The translations under genes were made by a program, and so were the position numbers. From Octopus bimaculoides (lineage: Eukaryota), in NCBI RefSeq assembly GCF_001194135.2, contig NC_068982.1:115505428-115568581 (forward strand): a DNA stretch of 63,154 bases, read 5' to 3'. The notes under the pieces were generated by a model. That model was not told where the DNA came from and did not search any database. It saw nothing but the letters and a program-made list of their open reading frames with translations. Positions 47,911 through 61,383 of this stretch are shown piece after piece (the first letter of the stretch is position 1; the number at the start of each line of letters is the position of its first letter).

Positions 47911-50689
47911 TATTACTGTACTAAAGCTGGTAAACATGTAGGATATTGTATAAAATAATTTTCATTTAATAATTGTTTTGGGTTTTTATGTTATCTGTGT
48001 GATCATCATGGATAAAGATAAACGATATTTAATTCATATTGGGCATTAAATATCTTTAAATTTGTCTTTAGGTATGAAATTTGTTGGCTCCCCTCCAATG
48101 CTGTTTGCTCTTAGTTTACAATGTTATTCTTAACTGAATGGCTTTCTATAGATTAAGGGATTATTGTCTGCAACACTCTGAAATTCTATAAAGCAAATCA
48201 TTTTCAAACTTTTTTCTTTATATCTACCAATATTTATTTAAAAAATATTTGGATGTTTGTAAATCTGTTTCCATGAACCAATTTGTTTTTAAGGTAAAAA
48301 GGTAATAAAAATAAAATATTTTTGTATTATACAGTATCTCTTATAGGAACGATCCTTAAATTATAGCATTTTTCTAAATTTTCAAGATTATATCCATTTG
48401 GTCCAAATTATTTTCTGTTCACCTTTCCTTCTTTACAGTTATTTTATTCAATTGAACTACCCATTGATTGTTTCTTCACTTGAAGAAAAACTCCTTCCAA
48501 CAACCTGTTTTAATTGATTGTTTGGAAATTGTGTGTTTATTCTCTTCCATGTTTTGTTGTTATTGATCTCCTCTCCTCCATAAATTCTATTTCTTAATTG
48601 ATATTTTGACATGTGTGTTTCCAGTCTAATAAAGTAGCTTTAGTCACTGACTGTTAGCCTCTTTAATCAGCACTGTTAAATCTAATTTTATACAACAGAC
48701 TTTAAGTTTGTTGTTGTTTCTATCAGAGCATCTACTTCTTTATTCCCTACAAATCCATAAAAAATAATTGGACAATTTTGATTATGTTAATACTTTCTGA
48801 TAATTTACACAGTAATAAAAATATATTTGTTCAGTACTTAACATATTTAAGCAACCTGTACAATAAAATATATTTAAAAAAAAATCTTATAATTAGATGT
48901 ACATACATATCCATTAGATTTTAATTTATAATCTTTCTATTAATATGGAGAAATCATCTCTGTAGTGTTTCTGTTGGTGAAATGGTTTTGGTATTTAACA
49001 AACCATTCTTCAGTGTAGTATTTTGTATGTCTTTACATTCTGAAGAAATTGTTGAAAGATTTATATTGAGTAGTTGATAATATGGTTAGGAGAATAGAAA
49101 TGAAAGATGAAAATATTCAAACAATCTCCTGTGAAAGTTTGGTAACAAGAAAATATTTTATTCAAGTTATAGCAATGTAATTCTGTGTCATGTAAAGTAT
49201 AGGTCTTCAACCAAGAGTGATAAATAGTATTTCTATTGTGTACACTAGCTGTCAGGTTTTTTTATGAAGACAATGTACACAATGCAGAAGTACACAATGC
49301 AGAAGCTCTAGAAATGGAAATGAATATGTGTTGCCTAGGAGATTTGTTTTCTGAGAGGCCATGTTATAATCAGCGAGATATCCTGCTTTCTGAGTGGCAA
49401 TTCTATAGCTAGTTTATGGGGAACATTGCTAGAAATATCTAACTTTACATCATATGAAAAATGTCCTTGAGGAATATCTAGACCATGATGTATGTTTTGA
49501 GAAGTATTCTATACAAAAGAATAAGCAAGATGGCTACTTGAATGTACAGTATTCTGTCACATTAAAAAGTGTTTTAAAAGAAGCAACTTTTAACAAGTCA
49601 TCTCATGAGTCTGGAGTAAGAAAATCACTGAAAATTGTGAACTTGTATTATATCTAAAGTTGATCCAGGAAACTTTAGCAAGAAAGACTAATCCAAGTGA
49701 TTAATTTAACCAAAAGCACTATTAAATGGAAGAAACATGGCAAAGTATGCTTTTGAAAAAGTAACTTTTTAAAGCTTAAGCTTGTTGACATTTTGGTTAA
49801 GATCAAAGCTTATTGTTATTATTGAAGATACTGGACTGGCTGAATCATTAGAGCAGCAAACAGAATGCCTAATGATATTACTTTCAGTTGTTTGATCTGA
49901 GTTCAAGTCTCTTGGCCATATTTGAACTTCGAAATTCTACCTTTCATTTTTTTGGGGGGTCAGTAAAATAAAGTACCACTCAAATACTAAGTTGTTGATA
50001 TTAGCTACTCTCTTCGCCAAATTTCTGGCTTTGTGCCTATTAAGGATATTATGTAGTGAGTTTTGTTAGAGCATTGGCGAAAATGCCTTATGGTATTTCT
50101 TTTTACATTCTGAGTTCAGATTCTGCTGGGGTTGACTTTCATATGAAATTGCTTCAAATAAATTTTTCTCTTTATGTACATTAATTAGTATGTGCACACT
50201 TCGGTATATTTTGTGTCCTTAGCATTTAGCTAAGAAAAGCTGTTTCTGAAGTTCAGTTTGAAAATAAGATGTGTTATTGAAATGATGAGTGTTTTGAATT
50301 CTGTTCAACCAATATAATAGGTTATATAAATGTGATATCAGAAGCTACACTTTGTGATAAATACTTCTTTTAACTACTTCAAATAGACATTAGCTGTGTA
50401 AACAGTCAATGAATAGCTGCATTCTCTCCCTCATCCTACCTTTTATTACACAATAACAAACTGGTATTGGAAGTTGATGTTTATTGGTAGACACTGCTAG
50501 CATGAATTTGTTTGACACTTGCATTTGCATTTTAAATTCTTCGTTGTTGCTTCCTTTTCTCCAGATACAAAGGAAATTAGTTTGATAAAAAAAAAAAATG
50601 TATGTGTTGGTGTTCAGTGAGAGAAAGTAGTCTTGTGATTTAAGCAGAAACTTTTGTCGAAGTAGTTAGTTTCAAATTTAACATCTATT

Positions 50690-51470
50690 GTTGAAATTAG
50701 TGACACAAAACCTGAATGAAAGGCAGTTTGTATGATGCTTCTGTATGTAGTGCAATACTGCAAAGTGATAAAATTTTGGCCTTGAACATGGAAGATTTGA
50801 AAATGCTAGAAAGAAATGAAGTGATCATACTCCTTTGGATGTAGTGTTAGTGTATAGAAACAATGGAACACTCAGACGAACTGAGAAAAACTGGATATAA
50901 GAGGAATCAAATAAAGTGTGCAAGAAAGAAGACTATGCTGGTATAGGCATATGCATGGAAAATACTAGTTGTATAAAGAAGTGCTGAGTGCTCCAAAAGT
51001 ATGTGACCTATGGAAGATGGAGGTCAAGGAAGATATAGAGTGAAATGCTGAAGATGATCTCAAGAGGCAGAACCTCACAAAAAGACAAAGGACTAGCATA
51101 TAATGGTGTGATGAAAACACCCATACAATCCATGCTGGCATACCAATAGAGATATAAAAACTGGTCATGGAGGTTAGGTTGTACAATTTCTACATTTGGG
51201 TGTCTTTCAACCATTATGTTTAGGTTTATGTCTCTACTGCTCTCCTTCATTACTTTCTCATCTATTACTGTGTCTGTCTATTTATCATTATTCTCTCTTT
51301 CTCATCACACTGCCCTTTGTATATCTGTCCATATTCATTCATTCCTAACCACCACTCTCCCTCATTACTCTATCATTCATTACTGACATCCATCACTTGT
51401 TCTCTCCTGCTCCTCTCTCTCCTATCATTCTCTTGCACCTATCACTGTTCCATCTTTCTCTTGCTTTGAT
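50690..51470 (+). mobile_element. Old RTE 3' fragment with pyrimidine-rich 3'UTR
   Basis: Relics of LYDASV..AIL, LERNE..L.WM, VQERRLCWYRH. Confidence 0.7.
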
Positions 51471-52375
51471 TTTCTTTTCCTTTTTTTTTTTTTCATACTT
51501 TTTCTAAATATTTATCTGCTTGATCATGTTGCTTTGAACAAATGGAGACAAAGTAGTGGAAAAGACTCTTGGGTCTTGCTGGAAACAAAATAACCTCTTG
51601 TGCTGATGCTATGATAAAATGTATCCAGTACACTCTGTAAACTGGTTAATGAATAAATGGAGAAAATGTAGGGTAGTCTTGCCAGAGACATGAAGAAGGC
51701 AATTGTCCCAGAAATGGCTTGAAAGAAATTGCGTGAAGTTAACTTTTGTAAAAAGATTAATAGGGAGAATAACGACTATTATATAGTAGCAGTCACCAGA
51801 GTTCAACAGCAGTAAAGTGAAATTCTATGCCCAGGTGGGTATGCAAGAATTTAATATTGTTGCCAGTGCAAACCAATACATACAATAGGGTTTCTGAGTA
51901 AGATGAGAAAGAACCAGAAATTCAGATGTTAGCTGTTCTCAAGTAATAAACTTTATGAATAGCCACTGAACATTAATTCTTTTATTAGCAATAATAACAG
52001 TAGAGTGGCTAGTGGTTTTTTGGCAATGGTTTTTTAAAAGCATTTTATTTTACACAAAAAATGTGGCAGATACATAATGTTAGCAATCGTAAATATTTAG
52101 TGTGGAGAAGTGAACTAACTTCAGTAGATGTGCAATGTAAACTAAAACCAGTTTAGACTAAGTAGAGAAAGGGGACAAAGAAGGTTTGGTTGACATTTGA
52201 AGGAGAGATAGTTGTGTGTTGGTTTGGATATGTAAAGTGTGCTTTGTGAAAAACGTCCTGATGTTAAGAGTGTTAGGTATCTATAACAGAAGTACTGTTA
52301 ATTATGAGTAAAAGATTATTTTTTTCCCCCTTTAAATAACTTAACTTTTTCATAAGTTTTGAATTTCTACTTCAG

Positions 52376-52459
52376 GAAGCATTCGTAACTTCAGAAGAGT
52401 TTGGCCAAGATCTTGAACATGTTGAAGTTTTACAGAAGAAATTTGATGAATTTCAAAAG
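52376..52459 (+). CDS. SPTAN1: alpha-spectrin coding exon 4
   Basis: ttcag|GAA...AAG|gtattt; EAFVTSEEFGQDLEHVEVLQKKFDEFQK. Confidence 0.96.
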
Positions 52460-53263
52460 GTATTTGTTTTTAAAATCCAGACTCATTTCTTTTCATATGA
52501 TATAGATTCTATATGATGTATCTACTCTTCATATGCCCCTTTATGCTTTTTCCTATAGCTTCCGTCTTAGAGAACTAGATATTAATTTGATCTATGGTTA
52601 ATGATTTTTAGAATTATTGTTTTTAAAGAGTGAGAAACCATTAAAACGCACTATGCTACAATGACTTTAAAATTAATACTATCCTTCAACAACTGAGCTG
52701 TGTTTTCCTTATTACATCTAATTAAATTAATATGACCCAAAATTGAAAAATGAAAGCAAATGATTGTTGCAATACTAGATGGTTAATGAAGCCAATCTGC
52801 TCCTTTACACTCAGTTATTTATTTATTTATTCTCTCACTGGCCTTATCATTCTTCATAGCAATATCTTATTTTGTTTTCTTTTTTTTTTTAAACCAAAAT
52901 TACTTAGGAAAATCGACCAATTTAGTTTGTAATATTTTGGTTCATTTTATTTGTTCACATTTTACTCTTTAAAGGTTACTAAACTATGTATAAAGGTATA
53001 TTGGTTATCTATTTGTTAATAATTTATTAATACCTATTGATATATTCTATTTGCTATGAAACTATAGTTTTAAATGCTTATATGTAAGGTTTCTGTTGCA
53101 TCAGTTTTCTCAGAAAATTCAACTGAAAGAAGGAATAACTTTTATAACTGTTTTATTTCCTTTTTAAAATGGATATTTTGTGTGCCTTTATTTTCTCAAA
53201 AGGAATAAATTTTTTTACTGTTTTTTTTATGTTGTATTTTCACTGTTTTTATATATATTTTAG

Positions 53264-53368
53264 GATTTGGCTAACAATGAGGATAAAGTAGTTGAAGTGA
53301 ACACACTTGCCGATCAGCTGCTTTCTGAAAGCCATCCTGATGCAGAGTTGATCACCACTCGACGACAG
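53264..53368 (+). CDS. SPTAN1: alpha-spectrin coding exon 5
   Basis: tttag|GAT...CAG|gtatgg; DLANNEDKVVEVNTLADQLLSESHPDAELITTRRQ. Confidence 0.95.
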
Positions 53369-53968
53369 GTATGGAATCATACAATAGTTTCACTTCAAAC
53401 TTTGATACCCTAATGTGTAATTTTGATGTAACAAAATCTTGATATCCTCATACATCTTGACTAAATAATTGATGTGTTTTATTCTGCGGCTTATTAATGT
53501 AACATCTTGAACAATTAACATTTAATGATATTGAGCTATTAAGGGAGCCTTGAGCAGTTGCTTGACCAGCGAGAAATAGCAGTTAAATCTTCAAATCAGA
53601 CTGTACTGTTTTTAAAAAAGAGAAAAGACATATTAGGTAATATAGCTCTAGATATGCTAAAGCTGAATAATTTGCAACTGGAACACTTTTGATCATTGGC
53701 TTACTTGACTATGGCTACTGTTGTTCTATCTAAACAACTTCAATGATATTTGAATTTATTTTTGCTTTATACTTTTGAAGATTTATTTTATCATCCATTT
53801 CATTATATAATGAGATTGAGGTTTTGCAGTAATTAGTCTTGTAAAGCACATATTTAACATTAATGTATGCCTACAGTAATATCACTTGATTTTAAAAGGT
53901 AAAATAGTTAAAATATTTTTTTAAAAATCATGCAAACATTTGAGTAATGATTAATACTTTTTTTACAG

Positions 53969-54060
53969 GAGGTAAATGAAGCTTGGCAACGTTTGAAATC
54001 TCGCTCATTGTTTCGTCAAGAAAGACTTTTCGGTGCACATGAGATCCAACGTTTTAACAG
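53969..54060 (+). CDS. SPTAN1: alpha-spectrin coding exon 6 (ends phase 2)
   Basis: ttacag|GAG...AG|gtatca; EVNEAWQRLKSRSLFRQERLFGAHEIQRFN(R). Confidence 0.95.
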
Positions 54061-54789
54061 GTATCAAAACAATCCTATCATTATAGTATATATCTATGAA
54101 TGAATGAGCAACTATGCAATGCCCCCACATTCGTTGGTTGGTACCCCTCCATCCAACTGCTCTACCACCAGTTATGAAGTAGGGCATATCTGATAACACA
54201 TTTTGAATATAAAAGATTTTACATTAATAATTGAATAGATTTCAATTATTTCTTATTGCATTTGAAATCATCTTTATCACATTTTATTAATCTAAAAGTC
54301 CACTTCATATAACCTGGTTCTTGAATGTGTTTATTGAATATGTTGATTCAACAAGTTTCAAATTTTTTTTTTATATTACTTTCTTGCTTAGGTAAGCACT
54401 AGCTGTACTGAGTATGCAACTTTGACTCATTTGATTCTATCATTCTAATTGCTTATACTTAACTGTACTTCATGATTCTCATTTCCTCAATCATAGGCTT
54501 CTTATTTTCATTTTGGGCTTTTGTGTTTATCACTGGCTTATATTCACTTTCCATTGCTATTATGAGTTGGATAGTGTTGAAAATTTGTACATTAGCATTT
54601 TGCTGGAGGAATTGCTTTTAAAGCTGAACGACCTTTTTATCACAAAGTACTCATGCCAAATTAGAACTTATTGGCCAAACTAAAGCAAGCACTGCTTAGC
54701 TTGTATTTTACATTTCTTTCAATATCTACCATTAAATATTGTTTGACTGAATCACTGTTCATCAATGTTTGCAATGGTTTATTTTTCAG

Positions 54790-54934
54790 AGATGCTGATG
54801 AAACTATTGCTTGGATCACTGAGAAAGATACTGTTCTTTCATCTGATGATCATGGCCGAGACCTTGCTAGTGTACAAGCACTTCAGAGAAAACATGAAGG
54901 AGTAGAACGAGATTTGGCTGCATTGGAAGAGAAG
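54790..54934 (+). CDS. SPTAN1: alpha-spectrin coding exon 7
   Basis: ttcag|A GAT...AAG|gtaatt; DADETIAWITEKD...DLAALEEK. Confidence 0.96.
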
Positions 54935-55185
54935 GTAATTTATCATAATACTCATTAAGTATTATTTTTCTTAAGATATAAGTAACTCCTTTACACATGG
55001 TTGCTAAAGTATAATTGTTTATAGTAAACTAATACATAAATCAAATCTTTGAGTGTATTTTTATATTTGGGGAAATTGTCCAAATGTCTTTTTTTTTAAT
55101 AAAATGTTTCTTTCATAAATTAGATTTGTATTTCTATTAGGCTAATGAAATTAAAACTGACAGTTTGCATTGCCTTTTGTTATAG

Positions 55186-55302
55186 GTGACTTCATTGGGA
55201 ACTGAAGCTAAACGTCTTCAAGAAATCCACACTGACCAGGCTCCTCAAATTGAAGTTAAACAAAGAGAAATTGAGGAAAACTGGCAGAGTTTGCGTGAGA
55301 AG
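55186..55302 (+). CDS. SPTAN1: alpha-spectrin coding exon 8
   Basis: tatag|GTG...AAG|gtagtt; VTSLGTEAKRLQEIH...ENWQSLREK. Confidence 0.95.
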
Positions 55303-55434
55303 GTAGTTTTTTTTTTCTTTATAAGGTTAAATGTTTCTATATTAAATCTATTGTTTAATGCTTTTGTTGTTTAATGTTTTGGTTGTATTTCTTCAACAGT
55401 TGGTATCTATTGTTACATTTTATTTCCTTTATAG

Positions 55435-55608
55435 GCTGCTAAGAGAAAATCTCGATTGGATGATTCCAACAATTTGCATCGCTTTCTTGCTGACTTTCGT
55501 GATTTGATCTCTTGGATTCATGATATGCGTGCCATCATCTCTGCTGATGATCTTGCCAAAGATGTTCCAGGAGCAGAAGCTCTACTTGAAAGCCACCATG
55601 AACACAAG
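55435..55608 (+). CDS. SPTAN1: alpha-spectrin coding exon 9
   Basis: tatag|GCT...AAG|gtcagt; AAKRKSRLDDSNNLHRFLADFRDLISW...ESHHEHK. Confidence 0.96.
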
Positions 55609-56370
55609 GTCAGTTTCCAAATTCTCAGTATTTATTACAATAAAAAATAGACTTATAATGTAAAAGATTGATTTAATGTTGGTCTCACTAGTTTTTTGTT
55701 AGTGTTTTTCAGTGTTTAAACATTAAGCTTGATTGGTAGTCACTATGGAACCCCTTTGGTTGATTGAGGCAGGTGATGCTTCTTACATGTAATGTTTTCC
55801 TATTCTAGTACTAAAAGCAAAAAAATCTAACTTTTGTACTGTGACTCATGATAATATTTATAAGCTATTTAAAACAACTATATTATATTTTCAAGTTATA
55901 AAATTATTTCATCATTTTCCATACTGACACAGATTGGACTGGGTGTCATGGTATGAGTCAATTCTTATTTGGAGTCATTGCTCTCCTAGATTGGTTGAAA
56001 AACAGATGCTGATCATAAGACTGGACATGAGATAGTTGAATGTGAAAACACTGAAAAATCAAATATTGAATGCCATATCATTACTTTTATAAAAATTTGA
56101 GTAACATTTTTACTTAAAAAACCAAAAAATTAAAAGTGTATTGCAGACACAAAATATCAAATATAAGTGCAAATGTAAATAGCTTTATAAATATATATAT
56201 TCTTTGAATTATTATTGAATAATTGAACATTTTCCTTCTTTCAATACAAATATAAACAATCAGTAATTAAAAGACTGAAGTTTGAGTGAAATTAGTCTTG
56301 TACTCTTGCTTATTCTCCTTTGTCAGAGAATGATCTTGCATCTCTTTAACTATTCTGCTTTATCTTACAG

Positions 56371-56472
56371 GGTGAGATTGATGCTCGTGCCGACAGTTTC
56401 AAAGCTACAACTGAAGCTGGCCAGTATTTAGTGACCTCTGAACATTATGCTGCAAATGATGTGAAAGAAAAG
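56371..56472 (+). CDS. SPTAN1: alpha-spectrin coding exon 10
   Basis: ttacag|GGT...AAG|gtaaaa; GEIDARADSFKATTEAGQYLVTSEHYAANDVKEK. Confidence 0.96.
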
Positions 56473-56568
56473 GTAAAAAATGTTTTTTTTCTATCTTGAT
56501 TTTTTTTTTGGTATTTGCTTTTCACCCTCATTATTTACTGGTCTTCTGCTTTGTTATTTGCGTTATAG

Positions 56569-56706
56569 TTGAATGAGTTAACAGTTGAACGCAGCAACCT
56601 TCTTGATTTGTGGGAGGAGAGGCGAATTATGTATGAACAATGTATGGATCTCCAGCTGTTTTATAGAGACACCGAACAGGCTGACACTTGGATGACCAAA
56701 CAAGAG
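56569..56706 (+). CDS. SPTAN1: alpha-spectrin coding exon 11
   Basis: tatag|TTG...GAG|gtaaat; [46 protein letters not shown]. Confidence 0.96.
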
Positions 56707-57237
56707 GTAAATAATTTTATCTATATTATTGATTTGATTGATAACAATTGGCTACATCTTGACCTTTATAATATTAACAAGAACATGAATTCTGGTGTCA
56801 TGAATTTTCCTGTACTAAAATGCAATATCAACAAAGCAAGGTGTAGCTTAGATTGCTGAGTTAGCTACACATATTTTATTATATTTAGTATAAAACTCAT
56901 TGTTATAAACTGTAAATTTAAGGAGTCAGTGTCAAAATTAATCATAAACGTGTTATAACTCAGAAGTTGTTTACTAACAGTTGATTCATCAACTTTGAAT
57001 TGATTTTGACCTGGTTGAGTGTCAATTATCTTCAATGTAACCTGAAGTAGACATTATCTGACTGTTTATATGAGTCAGTATCCAGAATAAGTGACTGTTT
57101 ATTGAAACTAAATATACGAAATAACTGAATGTTTATTTAACTATCAATATGGAGAATAACTATGACTGTTTAAATAGGAGTCAATTATTCAGAACAACCA
57201 TGACTTTCACATAAGTCAATATCTATATTATTCTATA

Positions 57238-57572
57238 GATCAGTTGGTGTTTTTTTATGTGCCACCGGCATGAGAACTAGTCGATGCCAGGTCCACCTGA
57301 CTGGCTCCCGTGCTGGTTGCACGTAAAAAGCACCAACTGATCGTGACTGATGCCAGTACCCCCTGACTGGATCCTGTGCCGGTGGCACGTAAAAAGCACC
57401 CACTACACTCTTGGAGTGGTTGGTGTTAGGAAGGACATCCAGCTGTAGAACCATTGCCAGATCAGATTGGAGCCTGGTGCAGCCGCTGGCTCTCCAGACC
57501 TTAGTCAAACTGTCCAACCCAACCCATGCCGCCAGCATGGAAAACTGACGTGAAACGATGATGATGATGATG
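57238..57572 (+). mobile_element. RTE 3'UTR fragment with 5' inverted segment
   Basis: Hairpin modules, tail and (GAT)n; 57238-57282 is inverted relative to 57299-57342. Confidence 0.85.
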
Positions 57573-58055
57573 TTTCTGCATTGTTTTTGATTGTGTTACG
57601 CTTACGCCAAGGGAGGTAATAACTGAAATGGAAAACTGTAGGCACAGTCGAAATGTTTAACATAGTGAATGAAACGTCATGAAGATTTATGAATCTATGC
57701 AATAAAAGACATCGATCGATAGTTAAATTAAAACTGAAATAACCTTAGTTAGCAAATAACTGTGGGTGCTACTTTTATCTTGTACATGTACCAGACCAAA
57801 GGCTGTGGCCATGCTGGGGCACTGTCATTATTCATTTTTTTTTTTTAATGTTTGGTTTAAATACTTATCAGTATCATGAGATTAGAAAAATACAGAATAG
57901 AATACAGATATGACAGTTAATTAGCTAGCTAGCAAGATAGATAGTTATGTAGGTGAGTCTTGTACTTATTTCTAAATGAGTTGGAAATATTTCTGATTAA
58001 ATTTTAATTTTTTTTGTTGAATTATTTTAAACTTTTGAATAAAATCTGTTTACAG

Positions 58056-58166
58056 GCTTTTCTTGCAAATGAAGACCTTGGAGATTCACTTGACAGTGTG
58101 GAAGCACTCATAAAAAAACATGATGATTTCGAAAAATCTTTAGCTGCTCAAGAAGAAAAAATAAAA
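58056..58166 (+). CDS. SPTAN1: alpha-spectrin coding exon 12
   Basis: ttacag|GCT...AAA|gtgagt; [37 protein letters not shown]. Confidence 0.96.
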
Positions 58167-58305
58167 GTGAGTTTATAAGTAACATTTAAGTAAACATTTT
58201 TTTTAAATATCAAAACATTTGAATGTTAAAGTATACTTAGTGAGTGTTGAAGTATGCTCTGTAGGTTTAGTGTTTTCTAAATCAAACTATTTTTTTTTGT
58301 TTCAG

Positions 58306-58383
58306 GCTTTAGATGAATTTGCTACAAAACTTATTGAAAGTGAACATTATGCCCATGATGATGTGGCTACCCGCAGAAACCAA
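58306..58383 (+). CDS. SPTAN1: alpha-spectrin coding exon 13
   Basis: ttcag|GCT...CAA|gtatgt; ALDEFATKLIESEHYAHDDVATRRNQ. Confidence 0.96.
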
Positions 58384-58644
58384 GTATGTAATTGTTTTTC
58401 TTTCAATTTGAAAGTATTAACCAATAAATATCATGTTAATTTTAAATTCCAACTGGAATTGATATTACTATTTCATTTTCTACATCTGCCTCTGTTAAAC
58501 CCTTATTTCATTTTGAACATACTAAATTGTGTTGGTGGTATGTTTGTGTGCATCTGTTTGAGTGACTGCCATTTTGTATTTTGTGAAAGAGGATTCAGTG
58601 GCTTGAAGGCTAAAATTATTAAACAATTTGATTTTAACTACCAG

Positions 58645-58800
58645 CTGTTACACAGAAGAAATACTTTGTACCAAAAATCTGCTGAACGTAAGAAAATGTT
58701 GGAAGCATCTTCTAGATATCAGATGTTTGAGAGAGACTGTGATGAGACAAAAGGCTGGATCAATGAGAAGCTGAAGACTGCCAATGATGAGAGTTTTAAA
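58645..58800 (+). CDS. SPTAN1: alpha-spectrin coding exon 14
   Basis: accag|CTG...AAA|gtaagt; LLHRRNTLYQKSAERKKMLEASSRYQMFERDCDETKGWINEKLKTANDESFK. Confidence 0.95.
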
Positions 58801-59614
58801 GTAAGTTTGCATTTTAAGCATTTCATTGTTCCTAATGAAATACTTGTCATAAGTAGTTACATGCTTTTGAACCATTTCTCATTAACTTATATTTCATTTT
58901 TCTGTAAATGTTTTATTAAAGTTACTCTTAAATTTTGATATTAAATTTTACCCATTGTCTCTTGAAACTACTTCGGTGTGTAAAGGAATTATTGTCTACA
59001 TGTTAAGGTTCATTCAGACTTGTATATAGATGTGGGTGTTGGAATTTAAATTTACAGATAAATCAAAGACATGTCCCACTCAGATTTTTTGTTGAAAATT
59101 TTGACTTCTACTAGGATGATCATATTCAGTGTTGGTGTTTAGCTCCTAGGATTCATGCAATCATGTATTTGAATATAGGTATGACAGATTAGATTTGTGT
59201 AGGAGTACAAATCAAGGAGAGGTCAAATTCCTTATGTTAAAGGATTGATTTTAAGCATACCTTCTACTGAGTAAGAACTTGGTTTCTTTAAGCACTGGCT
59301 TTGTAGATAACTGTGGGTGTTATTATTTGATGTAAAATATAGTTTCTTCATTGGTTGCTGATGGATATCTATATAATCATTGGTGCAATTACAAATTTTA
59401 TTCACATCTTAGTGGGCAAGTAACATACATCTCTTCGTACACAAATACAATTGAAACTTAATTTTAAAACATTTTCATCTATGCAGGCATATCTATATAT
59501 ACCCCTCCACCCACATTTATATAGGGATATATTCCTGTGCCAATCCGTTTACAAACATATGTACACCTGCAAGTGTGTGTATTTATGTATGCATGCATAA
59601 ATGTGTAGATATGG

Positions 59615-60560
59615 TGTTTGCTTTGTATCACCTGGTCTCAAGTTCATTGGAATCTTGGCCAAGTGTCTTCTGTTGTAGCCCTTGTGAATGAAATTGGTAG
59701 ACAGAAACCAGATGGAAGCTTGTTATGTATATGTGCATGGTTGTATGTTTACACCATCCTCACAAGAAAAGTGTTGTTTGTTGACATTCCTTGCTAACAA
59801 ATTGTCCTATAGCTCTGTGCTTTTGAAGTAAAGCCAATTAGGGTTAGCAAATGGAAGTCTGTCTGGTTGTAAAACAATGCCTTTGTCCAATATATTTGTT
59901 CAACTCTCCAATATGACAGCATAGGAAAAAAAAGGGGCATAAAATGAATGTGTGTCTATACATACATCAACATATGTATGTATATACAGGCACATCCTTG
60001 CCTGTGTAAAGAAGCTCACTCTATAACCACATGGTTTTGGGTTCAGCCCCACTGTACAGTACCTTGGGCAAGTGTCTTTGACAGCAGCCTTTGGCTGACC
60101 AATGCCTTGTGAGTGAATTTGGTAGATGGAAACTATGGAAACTCATTGTGTTTGTGTATATTTGTGTTTGCTCCATCAGTACTTGACAACCAGTGTTGGT
60201 TTGTTTATGTCCTCTGTAAACTTAGTGTTTTGACTAAAAGGGCAGTTGGAATAAGAACCAGATTTTAAAAAGTGCTACAATTGATTTATTTGACTAAACC
60301 CTGCAAGGCAGTGCCTCACCATGGTCACAGTCCTGTGACTGAAACAAAAGTAAAAGATAGGTATATATCTCTTCATTTCAATGCCAACATATGTCAGACA
60401 GAATTCATTGAGGTAGTTCTGTGACTGAATGCTCTTTGTGTTGCCAATTCTCACCTGTTTCTAAGTAAGGTAATATTTTCTCATGGCCAGACATGTTTTT
60501 ACATAAGATAGGAAACAAATGACACTGCTTGTGTGATGGCAAGCTTATTTACAACTATCA
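59615..60560 (+). mobile_element. Cluster of family-1 SINE copies (59615-59930 degenerate; 59990-60358 near full; 60400-60560 central fragment)
   Basis: ccttgggcaagtgtcttt..., ccttgtgagtgaatttggtagatggaaact, gactgaaacaaaagtaaaaga; catggccagacatgttttt...ggaaacaaatgacactgc. Confidence 0.75.
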
Positions 60561-60705
60561 TGTGATGGCAAAAAAAAATCTCTCTCTCTCTCTCATTCAC
60601 ACTTGTTAAAGTATTCTTAAAGTAATTTTGTGTTGTTTAAAGAGCATTTAAATTTCAAATTGCAAACTCTTATTGAACTTGTACGTTTTTTCTCTGGTTC
60701 CATAG

Positions 60706-60848
60706 GATCCAACAAATTTACAAACCAAAGTTCAGAAACATCAGAATTTTGAGGCTGAGCTTGAAGCCAACAAGAGCCGTATTGATTCCATTAAAGAAAC
60801 TGGTGAAGAATTAATCAAAGAAGAACATTTTGCTTCTGAAAGCATCAG
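60706..60848 (+). CDS. SPTAN1: alpha-spectrin coding exon 15 (ends phase 2)
   Basis: catag|GAT...AG|gtgctg; DPTNLQTKVQKHQNFEAELEANK...EHFASESI(R). Confidence 0.95.
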
Positions 60849-61143
60849 GTGCTGATCTCTTATTCAGTTATCTTTTGTTTTAATTTTTTATGCCTAGTTT
60901 GAATGGATTTACAAAATTTATTAGAGCTTCTGTCCTAGGCATTATTAATTTATTGGACATTTGTTGTTGCTGGATATGATAAACCCCAGCTATTCAATGT
61001 TTAAAATAAGAGTTGATTATTGCAAATTGCCATAGATGTTTTGTCAGATAGGCTATAATATTCATTACTTCAAACCAAACTAACCCTTTCAGCCACATCT
61101 CTTTACTGCAACTAACCTATAATCTTTTTTTTTTAACCTTCAG

Positions 61144-61205
61144 AGAACGGATTGATGAAATTACAACATTATGGGTACAGCTTCAAGGACAAACAGAAAA
61201 GAAAG
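61144..61205 (+). CDS. SPTAN1: alpha-spectrin coding exon 16 (ends phase 1)
   Basis: ttcag|A GAA...AAA G|gtggtg; ERIDEITTLWVQLQGQTEKK(G). Confidence 0.93.
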
Positions 61206-61383
61206 GTGGTGTATTTGTCTTTATTCATTCATGCTAATTTATATTAACAATTGAAGTCAAAATGAAATGTACCTTGAAAGATATATTTACTGAACTAATA
61301 ATGAATTTTAATATAAATTTTATATAATCAGAGTAATTATTTGTTCTGTCATTTACTTACATTGTTATTTTCTTGTGATACAG

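Noticed and set aside
49275-49304. 15-bp tandem duplication (similar ~20-bp case near 22790-22830)
   Set aside because: Ordinary replication slippage.
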